Shown piece by piece: positions 1-10,106 of a DNA stretch of 64,000 bases (the stretch's first letter is position 1; every line of letters starts with the position of its first letter). The DNA is from an uncultured bacterium (GTDB lineage Bacteria > Bacteroidota > Ignavibacteria > Kapaibacteriales > UBA2268). Below the pieces are notes generated by a model, which was given only the letters and a program-made list of their open reading frames with translations, did no database searches and was not told the DNA's origin. Where the stretch lies: the NCBI GenBank assembly GCA_937875295.1, contig CALLXS010000101.1, forward strand, positions 16,231 through 80,230, written 5' to 3'. Position numbers and translations under genes: made by a program.

Positions 1-36
1 TTTTTCCCAGATAAAGTTTTTATAAATTCTCATCTG

Positions 37-561
37 ATGGCAAAAGAAAAAGGTAATTCAGGAAAATATAAAGCAAAATATCATTGGAAACACATGAATT
101 CAAATTATTTTGAATGGAGAGTAATTGGCTTCCATCATAATAATTATGAAATCAGAATCCCAACTCCTGATAGCTTAAGAATCAACACTATTAAATATTT
201 AGATACTCTAAGTATTGTAGATGATGTTGATGACGATTATGATAATGAAATTGAATTTGGTTATGCTTTTAGACATTTATCAAGCCCAAATATCGAAGTA
301 GAATTATTTGCAAATGGTCTTGCTAATTTAGAGCTTTTAAATATTGCTGATTTAGAAGGTAAATATAAGTACACTTTCAAAACAAATAACACTGGTAAAA
401 TTGTTTTATCAAAATATTCACTTAAAAATATTATACTTCCTAATTTATTTTATAAATTACGTATAACTGTAAATTCTGAAGTAAAAAGCGATATCAAAGG
501 TATGAAAGCATTGAAGAAAACAAAAAGCTCTTATACTACTACTGTATTCATCAAAGGATAA
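37..561 (+). CDS. hypothetical protein; frame is open back to window start, so it may be 5'-partial
   Basis: Long ORF with no recognisable motif. In-frame codons 1-36 contain no stop. Confidence 0.4.
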   Translation: MAKEKGNSGKYKAKYHWKHMNSNYFEWRVIGFHHNNYEIRIPTPDSLRINTIKYLDTLSIVDDVDDDYDNEIEFGYAFRHLSSPNIEVELFANGLANLELLNIADLEGKYKYTFKTNNTGKIVLSKYSLKNIILPNLFYKLRITVNSEVKSDIKGMKALKKTKSSYTTTVFIKG

Positions 562-595
562 ATTAAGTAAATTAAATAATATTTAATATACATTT

Positions 596-633
596 TAAAA
601 AAGCCCTTTGAATTTATTTCAAAGGGCTTTTCA
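596..633. terminator. bidirectional rho-independent terminator between convergent genes
   Basis: aagccctttgaa / tttatt / tcaaagggctt hairpin flanked by A-run on one side and T-run on the other. Confidence 0.75.
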
Positions 634-657
634 TATATTTTGTAAAAAATCGAAATA

Positions 658-1164
658 TTATAAGTAAGTTACTATCTCGTCTAATGCTTTTCGAGCAAAA
701 TGCTTTTCTGATGGTACATAATCATCTGATGGATATCCCAACGGCATAAGAGCCATAGGCACGAAGGTCGATGGTAACTTTAATTCATATAAAAGTCCAT
801 CAAAATCACAACTCCTCACCCATACTGAACCAACCCCCATTTCTGTAGCTTGAAGCATTATATGAGTTAAAGCAATAGCTGGATCAGTTATTAATAAATA
901 ATCTTCAGTATCCGGTGTGATTAATTCTTTATCATAACCAACTATTAAAATACAAGGAGCATCATAATGACTGATAGTAAACCTCTTCACTACATTAAGT
1001 GCTTCTTCAGACTGAGCTACAAATATCTTTTGAGATTGCAAATTCATTGCTGATGGAGCAAATCTATTAGCTTCTAGAATGGAATTTAATACTTCTTTTT
1101 CAATTGGTTGATTTTTAAATTTTCTTACAGAAAATCTTTTTTCAGCTAATTCAAGAAATTTCAT
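658..1164 (-). CDS. nitroreductase family protein
   Basis: N-terminal ...RFSVRKF... motif and 168-aa size are typical of NfnB/NfsA-type nitroreductase fold. Confidence 0.75.
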   Translation of the reverse strand: MKFLELAEKRFSVRKFKNQPIEKEVLNSILEANRFAPSAMNLQSQKIFVAQSEEALNVVKRFTISHYDAPCILIVGYDKELITPDTEDYLLITDPAIALTHIMLQATEMGVGSVWVRSCDFDGLLYELKLPSTFVPMALMPLGYPSDDYVPSEKHFARKALDEIVTYL

Positions 1165-1285
1165 ATTATTTTAAAATTTAGTAAATACATATTATATAAA
1201 GATTCACGAATACGATTAAAAATTATTATACAATATTAAAGCAGCTTTTTCATCTAAAACTTAATAATTCAATAAATTTTTTTAT

Positions 1286-2254
1286 ATGCCTAAAGTTTTC
1301 GACAAAATTATGTTCTATGATGTGTTGCAACTAAGCTCATATAGCGGAGGTTGGTATAAAATCCCAAATATCCATAAAGCAGAAGAATTTTGTAAAAATA
1401 TGGCAACATCTCATTACGAAAATTTTCCAGTTGGCTCAATACTTATCCCCAAAAAAAATAGACAAGATATATATAATATTTATTCATTTGCTCGCACTGC
1501 AGACGATATTGCCGACACTTTACTTGAATTTAATACAAATGAACGGTTATCTATTTTAGAAAATTATCTAAATAATTTAAGAATTTATGTCAGAGATTTT
1601 GATAAACCTAAGCATAATAAACCACTTTTTAACCCTACATTGCTCGCAAGTGCTAGAACAATAAGGGAATTAAATTTGCCTATCTCTCTGAATGAGAGGT
1701 TAATTCACGCTTTTGCAATGGATGCTAATTTTAAATCTCCTGATACTTTTGAAGATTTATTGAACTATTGTTCCTTTTCTGCGAACCCCATCGGAGAAAT
1801 AATTTTAAGAATATTTGATTTATATAATGAAAGTACAATTAAATATTCTAATGATATTTGCACAGCTCTTCAATTAGCTAATTTCTGGCAAGATTTTTCT
1901 GTCGATTTACCTAATGGACGTTGCTATATTCCAGCTGAAATATTAGAAAAATATGATTTAAATGTTAATAATAAAATTGATTGGCATAAACACCCAAATT
2001 TTATTTTAGTTTTGCAAGAACTTTATAATTATACTGATAATCTATTTAATAGCGGAATTAATTTATTAAAGTATTTAAAACCATATAGACTAAAACTTGA
2101 AATTGAAACTACTGTGCGTGGAGGAAAATTAATACTTGAAAAATCTAAAGAATTAAAAGAAGATATTCTTATTAGACGTCCAATAATTAATAAAATAAAT
2201 TTTATTCCTTTGCTGATTAAATCATTACTGTTTATTAAAATGAAACCAATTTAA
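1286..2254 (+). CDS. squalene/phytoene synthase family protein, HpnC-like (divergent second Asp-rich motif)
   Basis: YSFARTADDIADT (DDxxD) is present. The second motif reads ALQLANFWQDFSVDLPNGRCYIP, with Q in place of the usual R. Confidence 0.7.
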   Translation: MPKVFDKIMFYDVLQLSSYSGGWYKIPNIHKAEEFCKNMATSHYENFPVGSILIPKKNRQDIYNIYSFARTADDIADTLLEFNTNERLSILENYLNNLRIYVRDFDKPKHNKPLFNPTLLASARTIRELNLPISLNERLIHAFAMDANFKSPDTFEDLLNYCSFSANPIGEIILRIFDLYNESTIKYSNDICTALQLANFWQDFSVDLPNGRCYIPAEILEKYDLNVNNKIDWHKHPNFILVLQELYNYTDNLFNSGINLLKYLKPYRLKLEIETTVRGGKLILEKSKELKEDILIRRPIINKINFIPLLIKSLLFIKMKPI

Positions 2255-2262
2255 TATTATTA

Positions 2263-3147
2263 ATGGAATATACCACAAAATATGATTTTGCTAAATACGA
2301 AGGTACAACTACATTGATAGATGAACCCTCTAATTTCTCTTTATCTTTTAATTTCCTACCAAAGAGAAAAAGCAACGCCATAAAATCAATTTATTCATTT
2401 TGCTCCTATATTGATGATATTGTTGATGAATTAGAAAACACAGATGAAAACATTAATATAAAGAAAAATAGATTATCCTTCTGGAAGCAAACTTTACATT
2501 TAATATATTCACAACCTTTGAATAAAATTAATCATATTTCAAAATTTGCTGAAGTCGTTAGAAATTTTAATATACCGCAAGAATACTTAAGCTGCCTTAT
2601 AACAACTTGCGAAAGAGATTTAAATAAAAATAGATATGCTACTTATAGTGAATTGACTGATTATATTTATGGAGTCGCAGTAGTTGTGGGACTAATGTGC
2701 ATTAATATTTTTGGAAACAATAATGAATACACACGAAACTATGCCCTAAATATAGCTACTGCATTACAATTAACTAATATCATTAGAGATATTAAACCCG
2801 ATAAAGATAGAAATTTCATATATCTACCGCAGGAAGAATTAAATAATTATAATTATAATGTGGCTGATTTAATTAATGAAAAATATAATGATAATTTCAT
2901 TAATTTAATGAAGTTTCAGACTCAAAGAGCTAAAGATTATTTCAAAAAAGCTGAAGAGTCTTTAGTTCCTCCAAATGATAGAGTTAATATGCTTCCTGCA
3001 AGAATAATGGGAGCAATTTATTATGATATATTAAAAAAAATCGAAAAGAATAAGTATAAAGTATTCGATAAAAAGATAAGAATATCTAATTTTAGAAAAA
3101 TAATAATTACTCTTAAAGTACTTATTAAGAATTTATTTAATCGCTAA
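2263..3147 (+). CDS. squalene/phytoene synthase family protein, HpnD/CrtB-like (canonical motifs)
   Basis: YSFCSYIDDIVDE plus ALQLTNIIRDIKPDKDRNFIYLP, i.e. both canonical Asp-rich motifs. Confidence 0.75.
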   Translation: MEYTTKYDFAKYEGTTTLIDEPSNFSLSFNFLPKRKSNAIKSIYSFCSYIDDIVDELENTDENINIKKNRLSFWKQTLHLIYSQPLNKINHISKFAEVVRNFNIPQEYLSCLITTCERDLNKNRYATYSELTDYIYGVAVVVGLMCINIFGNNNEYTRNYALNIATALQLTNIIRDIKPDKDRNFIYLPQEELNNYNYNVADLINEKYNDNFINLMKFQTQRAKDYFKKAEESLVPPNDRVNMLPARIMGAIYYDILKKIEKNKYKVFDKKIRISNFRKIIITLKVLIKNLFNR

Positions 3148-3224
3148 AAATAATATTAATATTTTCTTATTTACTTTAGATTAATTATTTTTGCTTTCTC
3201 ATATAAATACATTTTTATTATATA

Positions 3225-3701
3225 ATGAACAAAATATTAAATTCTGATATATTAAAAATCATTGCAAGAATAATGGTTGGATTAGTATTTTTAATCTTTG
3301 GATTAGAAAAAATACCAGTTCCTAATGTTTTTGCTGGTGAAATTATGAATTACGGATTCTTCCCTCTTTTTTCTGTAAATCTAATTGCAATATTTTTACC
3401 TTGGGTAGAAGTTTTAGTAGGAATATTTGTATTATTGGGAATTAGATTGCAGTCTGCTGCTACCTTTAGTGGAATATTAATGATTCTATTTATTATTTCT
3501 GTAGGAATAGCTATGGCAAAAGGACTTGATATTTCATGTGGCTGTTCTTCCTCACATAATATAAAGGTAGGTTGGCAGAAAATATTCGAAAATCTTGGGT
3601 ATTTAATTTTATGTATCTATATTTTTATATTTCCAAATTCTAAATTTAGTTTAGATTATATTTATGGGAAATTCACCGAAAATCGGAAAGCAAATAATTA
3701 A
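3225..3701 (+). CDS. DoxX/MauE-family integral membrane protein
   Basis: Four predicted TM helices and a DISCGC motif as in MauE/DoxX-like proteins. Confidence 0.5.
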   Translation: MNKILNSDILKIIARIMVGLVFLIFGLEKIPVPNVFAGEIMNYGFFPLFSVNLIAIFLPWVEVLVGIFVLLGIRLQSAATFSGILMILFIISVGIAMAKGLDISCGCSSSHNIKVGWQKIFENLGYLILCIYIFIFPNSKFSLDYIYGKFTENRKANN

Positions 3702-4398
3702 TTCTTTGACTCAATTTATTTCTCCTAATATTTGCGTTGTATGCAATGAATTAATTCAAAGTGAAAATTATAAATTTGATTTTTTATGTAATGTTTGCTT
3801 TAAGAAAATTCCATTTTTTAATCAAAATGAAGATTTGACTACTCGTCAAATTTTGGGAACAGATAGTACTAAAATTTCAATTAATTTATCAATTTCATTA
3901 ATCAGTACTCATAGCGATTCAAATTATTTCCATCTAATTCATCAGTTAAAATACCAAAATCATAGAATAATTGGATTAAAATTAGGGGAAGAGCTTGCTA
4001 AATTTATGATAAAAAATCAATTCCCAGAATTCGATTTAATTTTACCTATTCCTCTTCATCCCGCTAAAAAGCGAGAACGCGGTTATAATCAATCTGACTT
4101 TATTGCAAAAGGAATCTCAAATATTTATAATATTCCTTTTAGCACAAAAGCTGTTACGAGATTTGTATATACAGAATCTCAGACTTTATCTAAAAGTGAT
4201 ATAGAACGTTATAACAATATTAAAAATGCATTTAAAGTGGTTAACGGTGGGTTAATCCAAAATAAAAATATTTTAATATGTGATGATGTTTTCACTACTG
4301 GTTCTACACTTAATTCCTTAGCTACAGAATTAAAAGAATCAGGAGCAAAGCAAATTTATACAGCTACCATAATTGCAACAAAATCATATATTGATTGA
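3664..4398 (+). CDS. comF: ComF family protein (phosphoribosyltransferase domain)
   Basis: N-terminal CxxC...CxxC zinc finger and C-terminal PRTase motif ILICDDVFTTGSTL. Overlaps the upstream gene by 38 nt; ends in TGA. Confidence 0.75.
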   Translation: MGNSPKIGKQIINSLTQFISPNICVVCNELIQSENYKFDFLCNVCFKKIPFFNQNEDLTTRQILGTDSTKISINLSISLISTHSDSNYFHLIHQLKYQNHRIIGLKLGEELAKFMIKNQFPEFDLILPIPLHPAKKRERGYNQSDFIAKGISNIYNIPFSTKAVTRFVYTESQTLSKSDIERYNNIKNAFKVVNGGLIQNKNILICDDVFTTGSTLNSLATELKESGAKQIYTATIIATKSYID

Positions 4399-4407
4399 AA
4401 ATTACAC

Positions 4408-7400
4408 TTATTTAGAATGTGGAATAACGACGTTAAACGTAGTTCCTACATTTTCTTCGCTTGTGAAATTTATATCGCCATTGAATTTCTTCACTGTATC
4501 ATATACAATTGATAGACCTAAACCTGTGCCAGCAATTGTTCCGACATTAGAGAAGCGATGGAAAGGTTTAAACATCTGCTGTTGCTCGCTCTTAGGTATT
4601 CCGATACCCTGATCTTTTACAGAGATTAAAGTTTTTTCATCATTTATTTTAGCTTCAATTGTAACTGTTGTATTTGGTTTAGAATATTTAATTGCATTAT
4701 TAATAATATTATTTAGTACTAACTTTACAAGTGACTCATCTATCATCACTTCAGCTTTATCTTTGTCGATAATTAATTCCAGTTGGACATTATTTTTTAG
4801 GAGGAATTTCAAATTATTAGTTAAATCTTTTATTAACTTTGCAATATCAATTAGCGATGGATTAAATTGGATTGTTCCTCTTTCGGATTTATTTATTAAA
4901 AGCACGTCTTCCATCAGCATATTTAACGATGAAATTGATTTTTTAATCCTATCGTATTGAATTTTCTTATCAGCCGCATCCATTTTATGAGAATATTCTT
5001 GCAATAATTCTACAGATAATAAAATCGATTGAAGAGGAGTTCTAAATTCGTGGCTTACAATGGAAATAAATTTATTTTTGAGTTCGTTTAACTGTTTTTC
5101 TTTATCTAGAGACTCTTCAATTGCTTTAGTAGCTTTCTTTTGCTCTGAGATATCGACAATTACTCCAATAATACCTTCCATTGCATTTTCAGAATTATAG
5201 AAACAATTTTTTAAGTTAAGTAATTGTTTTTCTACTCCATCTATTATTATTGTTTCTTCATATACCTGAGAATCACCTTTCATAATTAGCTCTTCATCAA
5301 AATCATTATTAGTCTCATATTTAATATTTTCTTTTATTTTTTCTTCTATTTCGTAGAAAGTTTTCCCAATAATTTCTTTTTTTTCTAATTTTAATAGTTT
5401 AGCGTATGCTTCATTTGTAAGTTTATATTTTAAAGAATTAATTTCTTTATAATACAATGGATAAGGGATATTATCTACTAATCTACTAATAAAATCTAAT
5501 TGAGTATCTAAGTTAATTTGGGAATTTTTCCTTTCGATAGCTAATGCAATTTGGTCAGAAATAGCTTGAAGGAATTTCTCATGAGACTCATCGAATTGGT
5601 TGATATTACTATAACTTTGCACAACGATAGCGCCAATTACTTCACCTCTTAATTTTAGTGGCACCCCCATCCAAGATAGAGCAATTGAACCTATTGCTTT
5701 GTCTAATAATTCCTTATCTGATGGATCAAATTGATATACAAGAGGCTTTTTTGATTTAATAAGATCTACAGTTTTGGAATGCTTAATGTCAAGAGAAATT
5801 GTACCTTCAAATTTTTCATCAATTTCATCGACAAAATAAGGGAAATAAATGCAATTTAATTCTTTATTAACAAGTGCAATATAAAAATTATTTGAAAAAA
5901 TTACTTTTCCAATTGTTTGATGAATATATTTATATAATTCATCTAAGCTCACAGTTTCATTTACTGCATTAGCAATATCAAATAGTGCAGATACTTTATT
6001 AGAATGTTCTATATCTTTAGTAATATCTCTTGCTAATCCTTCGTAACCAACTATATTTCCTTCTAAATCGTAATCAGTTTGTAAATTTAATGAATAAAAA
6101 TTTTGTTCACTATTTATAAAGTTTTTAAAAGAAATTGTATAAACATAACTTGAAGTAATCTTTTTGAAAGAAGTTAGGAATTCGTGATTTTTAATATTAT
6201 CATTGAGAGTCATACTGATATGTTTGTTTATCATATTTTTAACATTAAATCCTGTAGCTTGCTCAAACGAAGGAGAAATATTTTGAATATTTCCATCTAT
6301 ATCAATATAAATATAAATATCTACTAAATTTTCAAAAAGTTTTCTATATTTTAATTCACTTTTATATATATTCTCATTAGCAAGTTTCTCTGAAGTAATA
6401 TCGAAAATTACTCCGTCTATCATTTCTTCGCCTTTTTCATCAACGGATTTTGTATAGACATTATTTAACCATAAACTTGTGCCATCTTTTCTAATATATT
6501 TAATTTCTGTATGATAGCTGTGTTTATTGTCCATTTTATTTGGATCAAAATCAATACTATCTCTAATGTATTTTTTATTAGATGAAAGATTTACATCTTC
6601 TAAGCTATCATAACCAGTTATATCAAATAATGCGGGATTGCACTCTAAGTAATTCCCATTCATATCAATTCTATAAACACCTACCGGTAGGTGCTCAAGC
6701 AAAGAAGAATATTTTTCTATTGAGAATTCGAGTTTCTTCTCAGAATTTTCGCGATAAGAAATTTGCTGATTTAAAGAATTATTTACTTCTATTAATTCAC
6801 TTTTTTGCTTCGAGACTTTATTTTCTAATTCATTTAATAATTTAGTTCTTTCTTGCTCGCTAATTACTTTGCTTGTAATATCAACCAAATATACAATTAA
6901 ATACTTCTTATTATTATAATTTATAATTGATGCTGAGAGTTCGCAAAATACATCTTTATTATCTTTGCTCTTTACTTCAGTGCTTAAATTTAATATTTCT
7001 TTATGGTTGTATAATAATTCTAAAAAGTTATATTTTTCATTTTCATTTGACCATAATTGAAAGTTTTCAATTGATATCCCCTGTAATTCATCTGAGGTAT
7101 AACCAGTTAAATTAGTAAAAGCTTTGTTACAACTATAAATATTACTAGTATCATAATCAATCACTAATACAGCAATTGGAGATAGAGATAATATTTTGAC
7201 AAAACTTTCTTCTGTGTTTATTATAGTTTCATTAGATTCCCTTTTCTCTGTATCATTGATTATCATAACAAAACCGAAACCATTATTTTCTTTGATTGGA
7301 AGCATCATGCTTTGTACAATACGTACTTTTCCAGTTGGAGTAGTAATTTTATTAAAAGCTTTGATATTACTATATCTATTGGAACCAGTTGTAAGTACTT

Positions 7401-7770
7401 TTTCCATATCATAAACAGGTTCACTATTAGTGTACATATCACGGACGTTCATCTGCCCATATACAGAAAGTAGATCTAATCCTATAATATCAATGTCTCC
7501 AAATTCGCCTAATCTTCTTATTTCTTTATTAAAATATTTAATAAGTCCCTGAGAATCAACAACTATTACTCCTATATTTAGATCATCTAAATCTTCATAA
7601 TTAAATGCTAACACTACATTATTGCTACTTGAATTTAAATTAGCACTATCTTGTTCTTGTGTCGATTCAAATAATGTATCAAAAATGTTTACATCATCTT
7701 GATTATTTTCCATAACTTCTTTCTCATGATTTTCAATATTATTATCAGAACTAAATGAACTTTTTTCCAT
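4408..7770 (-). CDS. multi-PAS/GAF sensor histidine kinase (cytoplasmic, no receiver domain)
   Basis: Repeated PAS-like segments and a GAF-like region. HisKA H-box SHEFRTPLQSI, then HATPase_c motifs (NNAIKYS, DQGIGIP, GTGLGLSI). No TM segments. Confidence 0.9.
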   Translation of the reverse strand: MEKSSFSSDNNIENHEKEVMENNQDDVNIFDTLFESTQEQDSANLNSSSNNVVLAFNYEDLDDLNIGVIVVDSQGLIKYFNKEIRRLGEFGDIDIIGLDLLSVYGQMNVRDMYTNSEPVYDMEKVLTTGSNRYSNIKAFNKITTPTGKVRIVQSMMLPIKENNGFGFVMIINDTEKRESNETIINTEESFVKILSLSPIAVLVIDYDTSNIYSCNKAFTNLTGYTSDELQGISIENFQLWSNENEKYNFLELLYNHKEILNLSTEVKSKDNKDVFCELSASIINYNNKKYLIVYLVDITSKVISEQERTKLLNELENKVSKQKSELIEVNNSLNQQISYRENSEKKLEFSIEKYSSLLEHLPVGVYRIDMNGNYLECNPALFDITGYDSLEDVNLSSNKKYIRDSIDFDPNKMDNKHSYHTEIKYIRKDGTSLWLNNVYTKSVDEKGEEMIDGVIFDITSEKLANENIYKSELKYRKLFENLVDIYIYIDIDGNIQNISPSFEQATGFNVKNMINKHISMTLNDNIKNHEFLTSFKKITSSYVYTISFKNFINSEQNFYSLNLQTDYDLEGNIVGYEGLARDITKDIEHSNKVSALFDIANAVNETVSLDELYKYIHQTIGKVIFSNNFYIALVNKELNCIYFPYFVDEIDEKFEGTISLDIKHSKTVDLIKSKKPLVYQFDPSDKELLDKAIGSIALSWMGVPLKLRGEVIGAIVVQSYSNINQFDESHEKFLQAISDQIALAIERKNSQINLDTQLDFISRLVDNIPYPLYYKEINSLKYKLTNEAYAKLLKLEKKEIIGKTFYEIEEKIKENIKYETNNDFDEELIMKGDSQVYEETIIIDGVEKQLLNLKNCFYNSENAMEGIIGVIVDISEQKKATKAIEESLDKEKQLNELKNKFISIVSHEFRTPLQSILLSVELLQEYSHKMDAADKKIQYDRIKKSISSLNMLMEDVLLINKSERGTIQFNPSLIDIAKLIKDLTNNLKFLLKNNVQLELIIDKDKAEVMIDESLVKLVLNNIINNAIKYSKPNTTVTIEAKINDEKTLISVKDQGIGIPKSEQQQMFKPFHRFSNVGTIAGTGLGLSIVYDTVKKFNGDINFTSEENVGTTFNVVIPHSK

Positions 7771-8080
7771 ATCTTGTTTTAATAGATCTCAAAAATAAAA
7801 TATTTTTAAAAATAGCTATAATAAAATGCTAACTACTTAAATATAGTTGATTATAAAAAGAATTTATTAATTTTATAATTACTAAATTAATAAAAATTAA
7901 ATCATTATTTATTAAAATAAAAATTATTTAAATAACATTTATTTAATTTCTATTTTATTTATAATTTTTAAATATAAGTATCGTCTTTAAAATAGGTAAA
8001 CTATAACAAATATTTTACCAAAAAATAGAAATCAATTAAAATTTTTAAATATTTATATAAAAAAAAAAGAAAATCAAGTT

Positions 8081-8833
8081 ATGGATGAAAATTTAAATGA
8101 TGAAAAACAAAGTCATGGAAATAAGCCTTTGCGTCCAGCTTTTAATAAAACCATTGACTTGGCTAAAACATACTTTAATAATGAAGGAAAAAAGAATATG
8201 GCCCATAAAGAAAATTCTAAAAAACATAAAGATCTAAACGAAAAACAAAATAATGAAATTAATGTAGAAATAGAAACCCCTTCAAACTCTGATAATCATA
8301 GCGATAAAACTCAACGTGAGCAAACTCAAGCAGAAAATACATTTTCTGAAAACGAAGTAGCAGAAATGCTCGCTAAAATAGAAAATTTAACAAAAGAAAG
8401 AGATGAAGCAAAAGAAATAATGATTCGTAATGCTGCTGAACTTGAAAACTTCCGCAGGCGTACCATGAAGGAAAAAGAAGATATTGTAGTTTATGCAAAT
8501 GAAAAACTTTTAAAAAAATTTAGCGAAATACTAGACACATTAGATTCAGCTGTAGAAACTGGTAAAAATTCCACCGATTATACTGCATTGCTAAATGGAG
8601 CAATTTTTATAAGAGAAAAAACTTTAAAATTATTTGAAGAGGCTGGTGCAAAACAAATCCCAATAGCTGTAGGTGATGAATTTGATGTAGATACAATGGA
8701 CGCAATTTTAGCAATGCCTTCAGATGAAATTCCTGATGGACACGTTATGCAAATCGTATCAACTGGTTATTCTTTCCATGATAAAATATTAAAGCATACA
8801 AAAGTAATTACTTCTTCCGGTAAAGCAAATTGA
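8081..8833 (+). CDS. grpE: nucleotide exchange factor GrpE (N-terminal low-complexity extension)
   Basis: LENFRRRTMKEKEDIVVYANEKLLKKF... core with a C-terminal beta domain. Start codon is uncertain because of the long K/E/N-rich N-terminus. Confidence 0.85.
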   Translation: MDENLNDEKQSHGNKPLRPAFNKTIDLAKTYFNNEGKKNMAHKENSKKHKDLNEKQNNEINVEIETPSNSDNHSDKTQREQTQAENTFSENEVAEMLAKIENLTKERDEAKEIMIRNAAELENFRRRTMKEKEDIVVYANEKLLKKFSEILDTLDSAVETGKNSTDYTALLNGAIFIREKTLKLFEEAGAKQIPIAVGDEFDVDTMDAILAMPSDEIPDGHVMQIVSTGYSFHDKILKHTKVITSSGKAN

Positions 8834-8860
8834 AATAGTAATTAATATAAAATAAATAAT

Positions 8861-8895
8861 AAAAGGTTTGTAATTTAAATTACAAACCTTTTTTC
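8861..8895. terminator. bidirectional terminator between grpE and pheS
   Basis: 15-bp perfect palindrome aaaggtttgtaattt/aaattacaaaccttt followed by a T-run. Confidence 0.75.
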
Positions 8896-8921
8896 ATATA
8901 ATATTTTACTTAATCAAATTT

Positions 8922-9959
8922 TTATAATTGATTAAGTACCCGCAAATCATTTTCATATAAATACCTTATATCGCTAATCCCTGTCCTAAGCATTGTAACC
9001 CTTTCTATTCCAAATCCGAAAGCATAACCTGAATAAATTTCAGGATCAATACCTCCTGATTTTAGCACATTTGGATGCACCATTCCACACCCTGCTATCT
9101 CTAACCAGCCAGTATTTTTACAAATCCTACACCCCTTACCCCCACAAATATAGCAAGAAATATCGAGTTCAGCGCTTGGCTCAGTAAATGGGAAAAAAGA
9201 TGGTCTAAAGCGGAACTTTGAATTTTCTCCATACATCCTTTTAGCAAATGTCATTAAAGTGCTTTTAAGTTCTGCAAGCGAAACATTTTTATCAATGTAT
9301 AATCCCTCAATTTGATAAAATTCAGCAAGAGATCTAGCGCTAATAGCTTCATTTCTATATACTCTTCCCGGCATTATTGCCCTGATTGGTAATTCTGAAG
9401 ATTGCATTACTCTAATTTGAACAGGAGAAGTATGAGTGCGAAGGACATATTCTTTATCACTTTTCACAAAGAAAGTATCTTGCATATCACGAGCAGGATG
9501 GTCTGGAGGAAAATTTAAAGCATCGAAATTGTGCCATCCATCTTCAATATCGGGACCTTCCGCTACGGCAAATCCCATACTTCCGAAAATATCAATCATC
9601 TCGTTCATAGTTTGCATTACAGGATGAGAAGATCCTCTGAAATTTCTTCTTCCGGGTAAGGTCAAATCTAAATCAGTATTTTCTTCTGCTTGGTTTTGCA
9701 ATTTTTCCCTTAATTCATTAAAAATACGTTCCGCATTGCTTTTGAAAATATTAAGCTCTTTACCAATTACTGGTTTTTGGTCTTTTGGAACATCTTTTAA
9801 TTTATCTACAAGTGATTGAATTTTACCTTTTTTCACAAAATATTCTAATCTAATTTCTTCAAGTGAATTTAAATCTTTTACATTAGAAATTTTGTTCTTA
9901 ATTTCTTCGTTTAATATATTTATTTCGTTTAGCATTATTTTAAAATTAATTATTTGCAT
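8922..9959 (-). CDS. pheS: phenylalanine--tRNA ligase alpha subunit
   Basis: Class II aaRS motifs FRPSFFPFTEPSAE and GWLEIAGCGMVHPNVL. Confidence 0.95.
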   Translation of the reverse strand: MQIINFKIMLNEINILNEEIKNKISNVKDLNSLEEIRLEYFVKKGKIQSLVDKLKDVPKDQKPVIGKELNIFKSNAERIFNELREKLQNQAEENTDLDLTLPGRRNFRGSSHPVMQTMNEMIDIFGSMGFAVAEGPDIEDGWHNFDALNFPPDHPARDMQDTFFVKSDKEYVLRTHTSPVQIRVMQSSELPIRAIMPGRVYRNEAISARSLAEFYQIEGLYIDKNVSLAELKSTLMTFAKRMYGENSKFRFRPSFFPFTEPSAELDISCYICGGKGCRICKNTGWLEIAGCGMVHPNVLKSGGIDPEIYSGYAFGFGIERVTMLRTGISDIRYLYENDLRVLNQL

Positions 9960-10106
9960 TATTTAAAGTAATACAAATTTACAAAAATTAACACATTTTT
10001 TAAGTTTAATTTACAAATTATATATTTTAAGAATTAATACTATCCTATTTTAAACGTCTATAAATGATTAGAAAAATTTTATTTATTAATTTAATCATTA
10101 TTTATT

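Noticed and set aside
4373-7414. Plus-strand small ORFs (4373-4612, 4763-4960, 6582-6845, 6927-7115, 7196-7414) inside the histidine-kinase locus
   Set aside because: They are antisense to a well-supported 1120-aa kinase CDS. The translations are low-complexity and hydrophobic, as expected from AT-rich antisense frames.
7771-8080. CIRCE operator upstream of grpE
   Set aside because: The 310-bp AT-rich region was scanned by eye. No TTAGCACTC/GAGTGCTAA inverted repeat is present.
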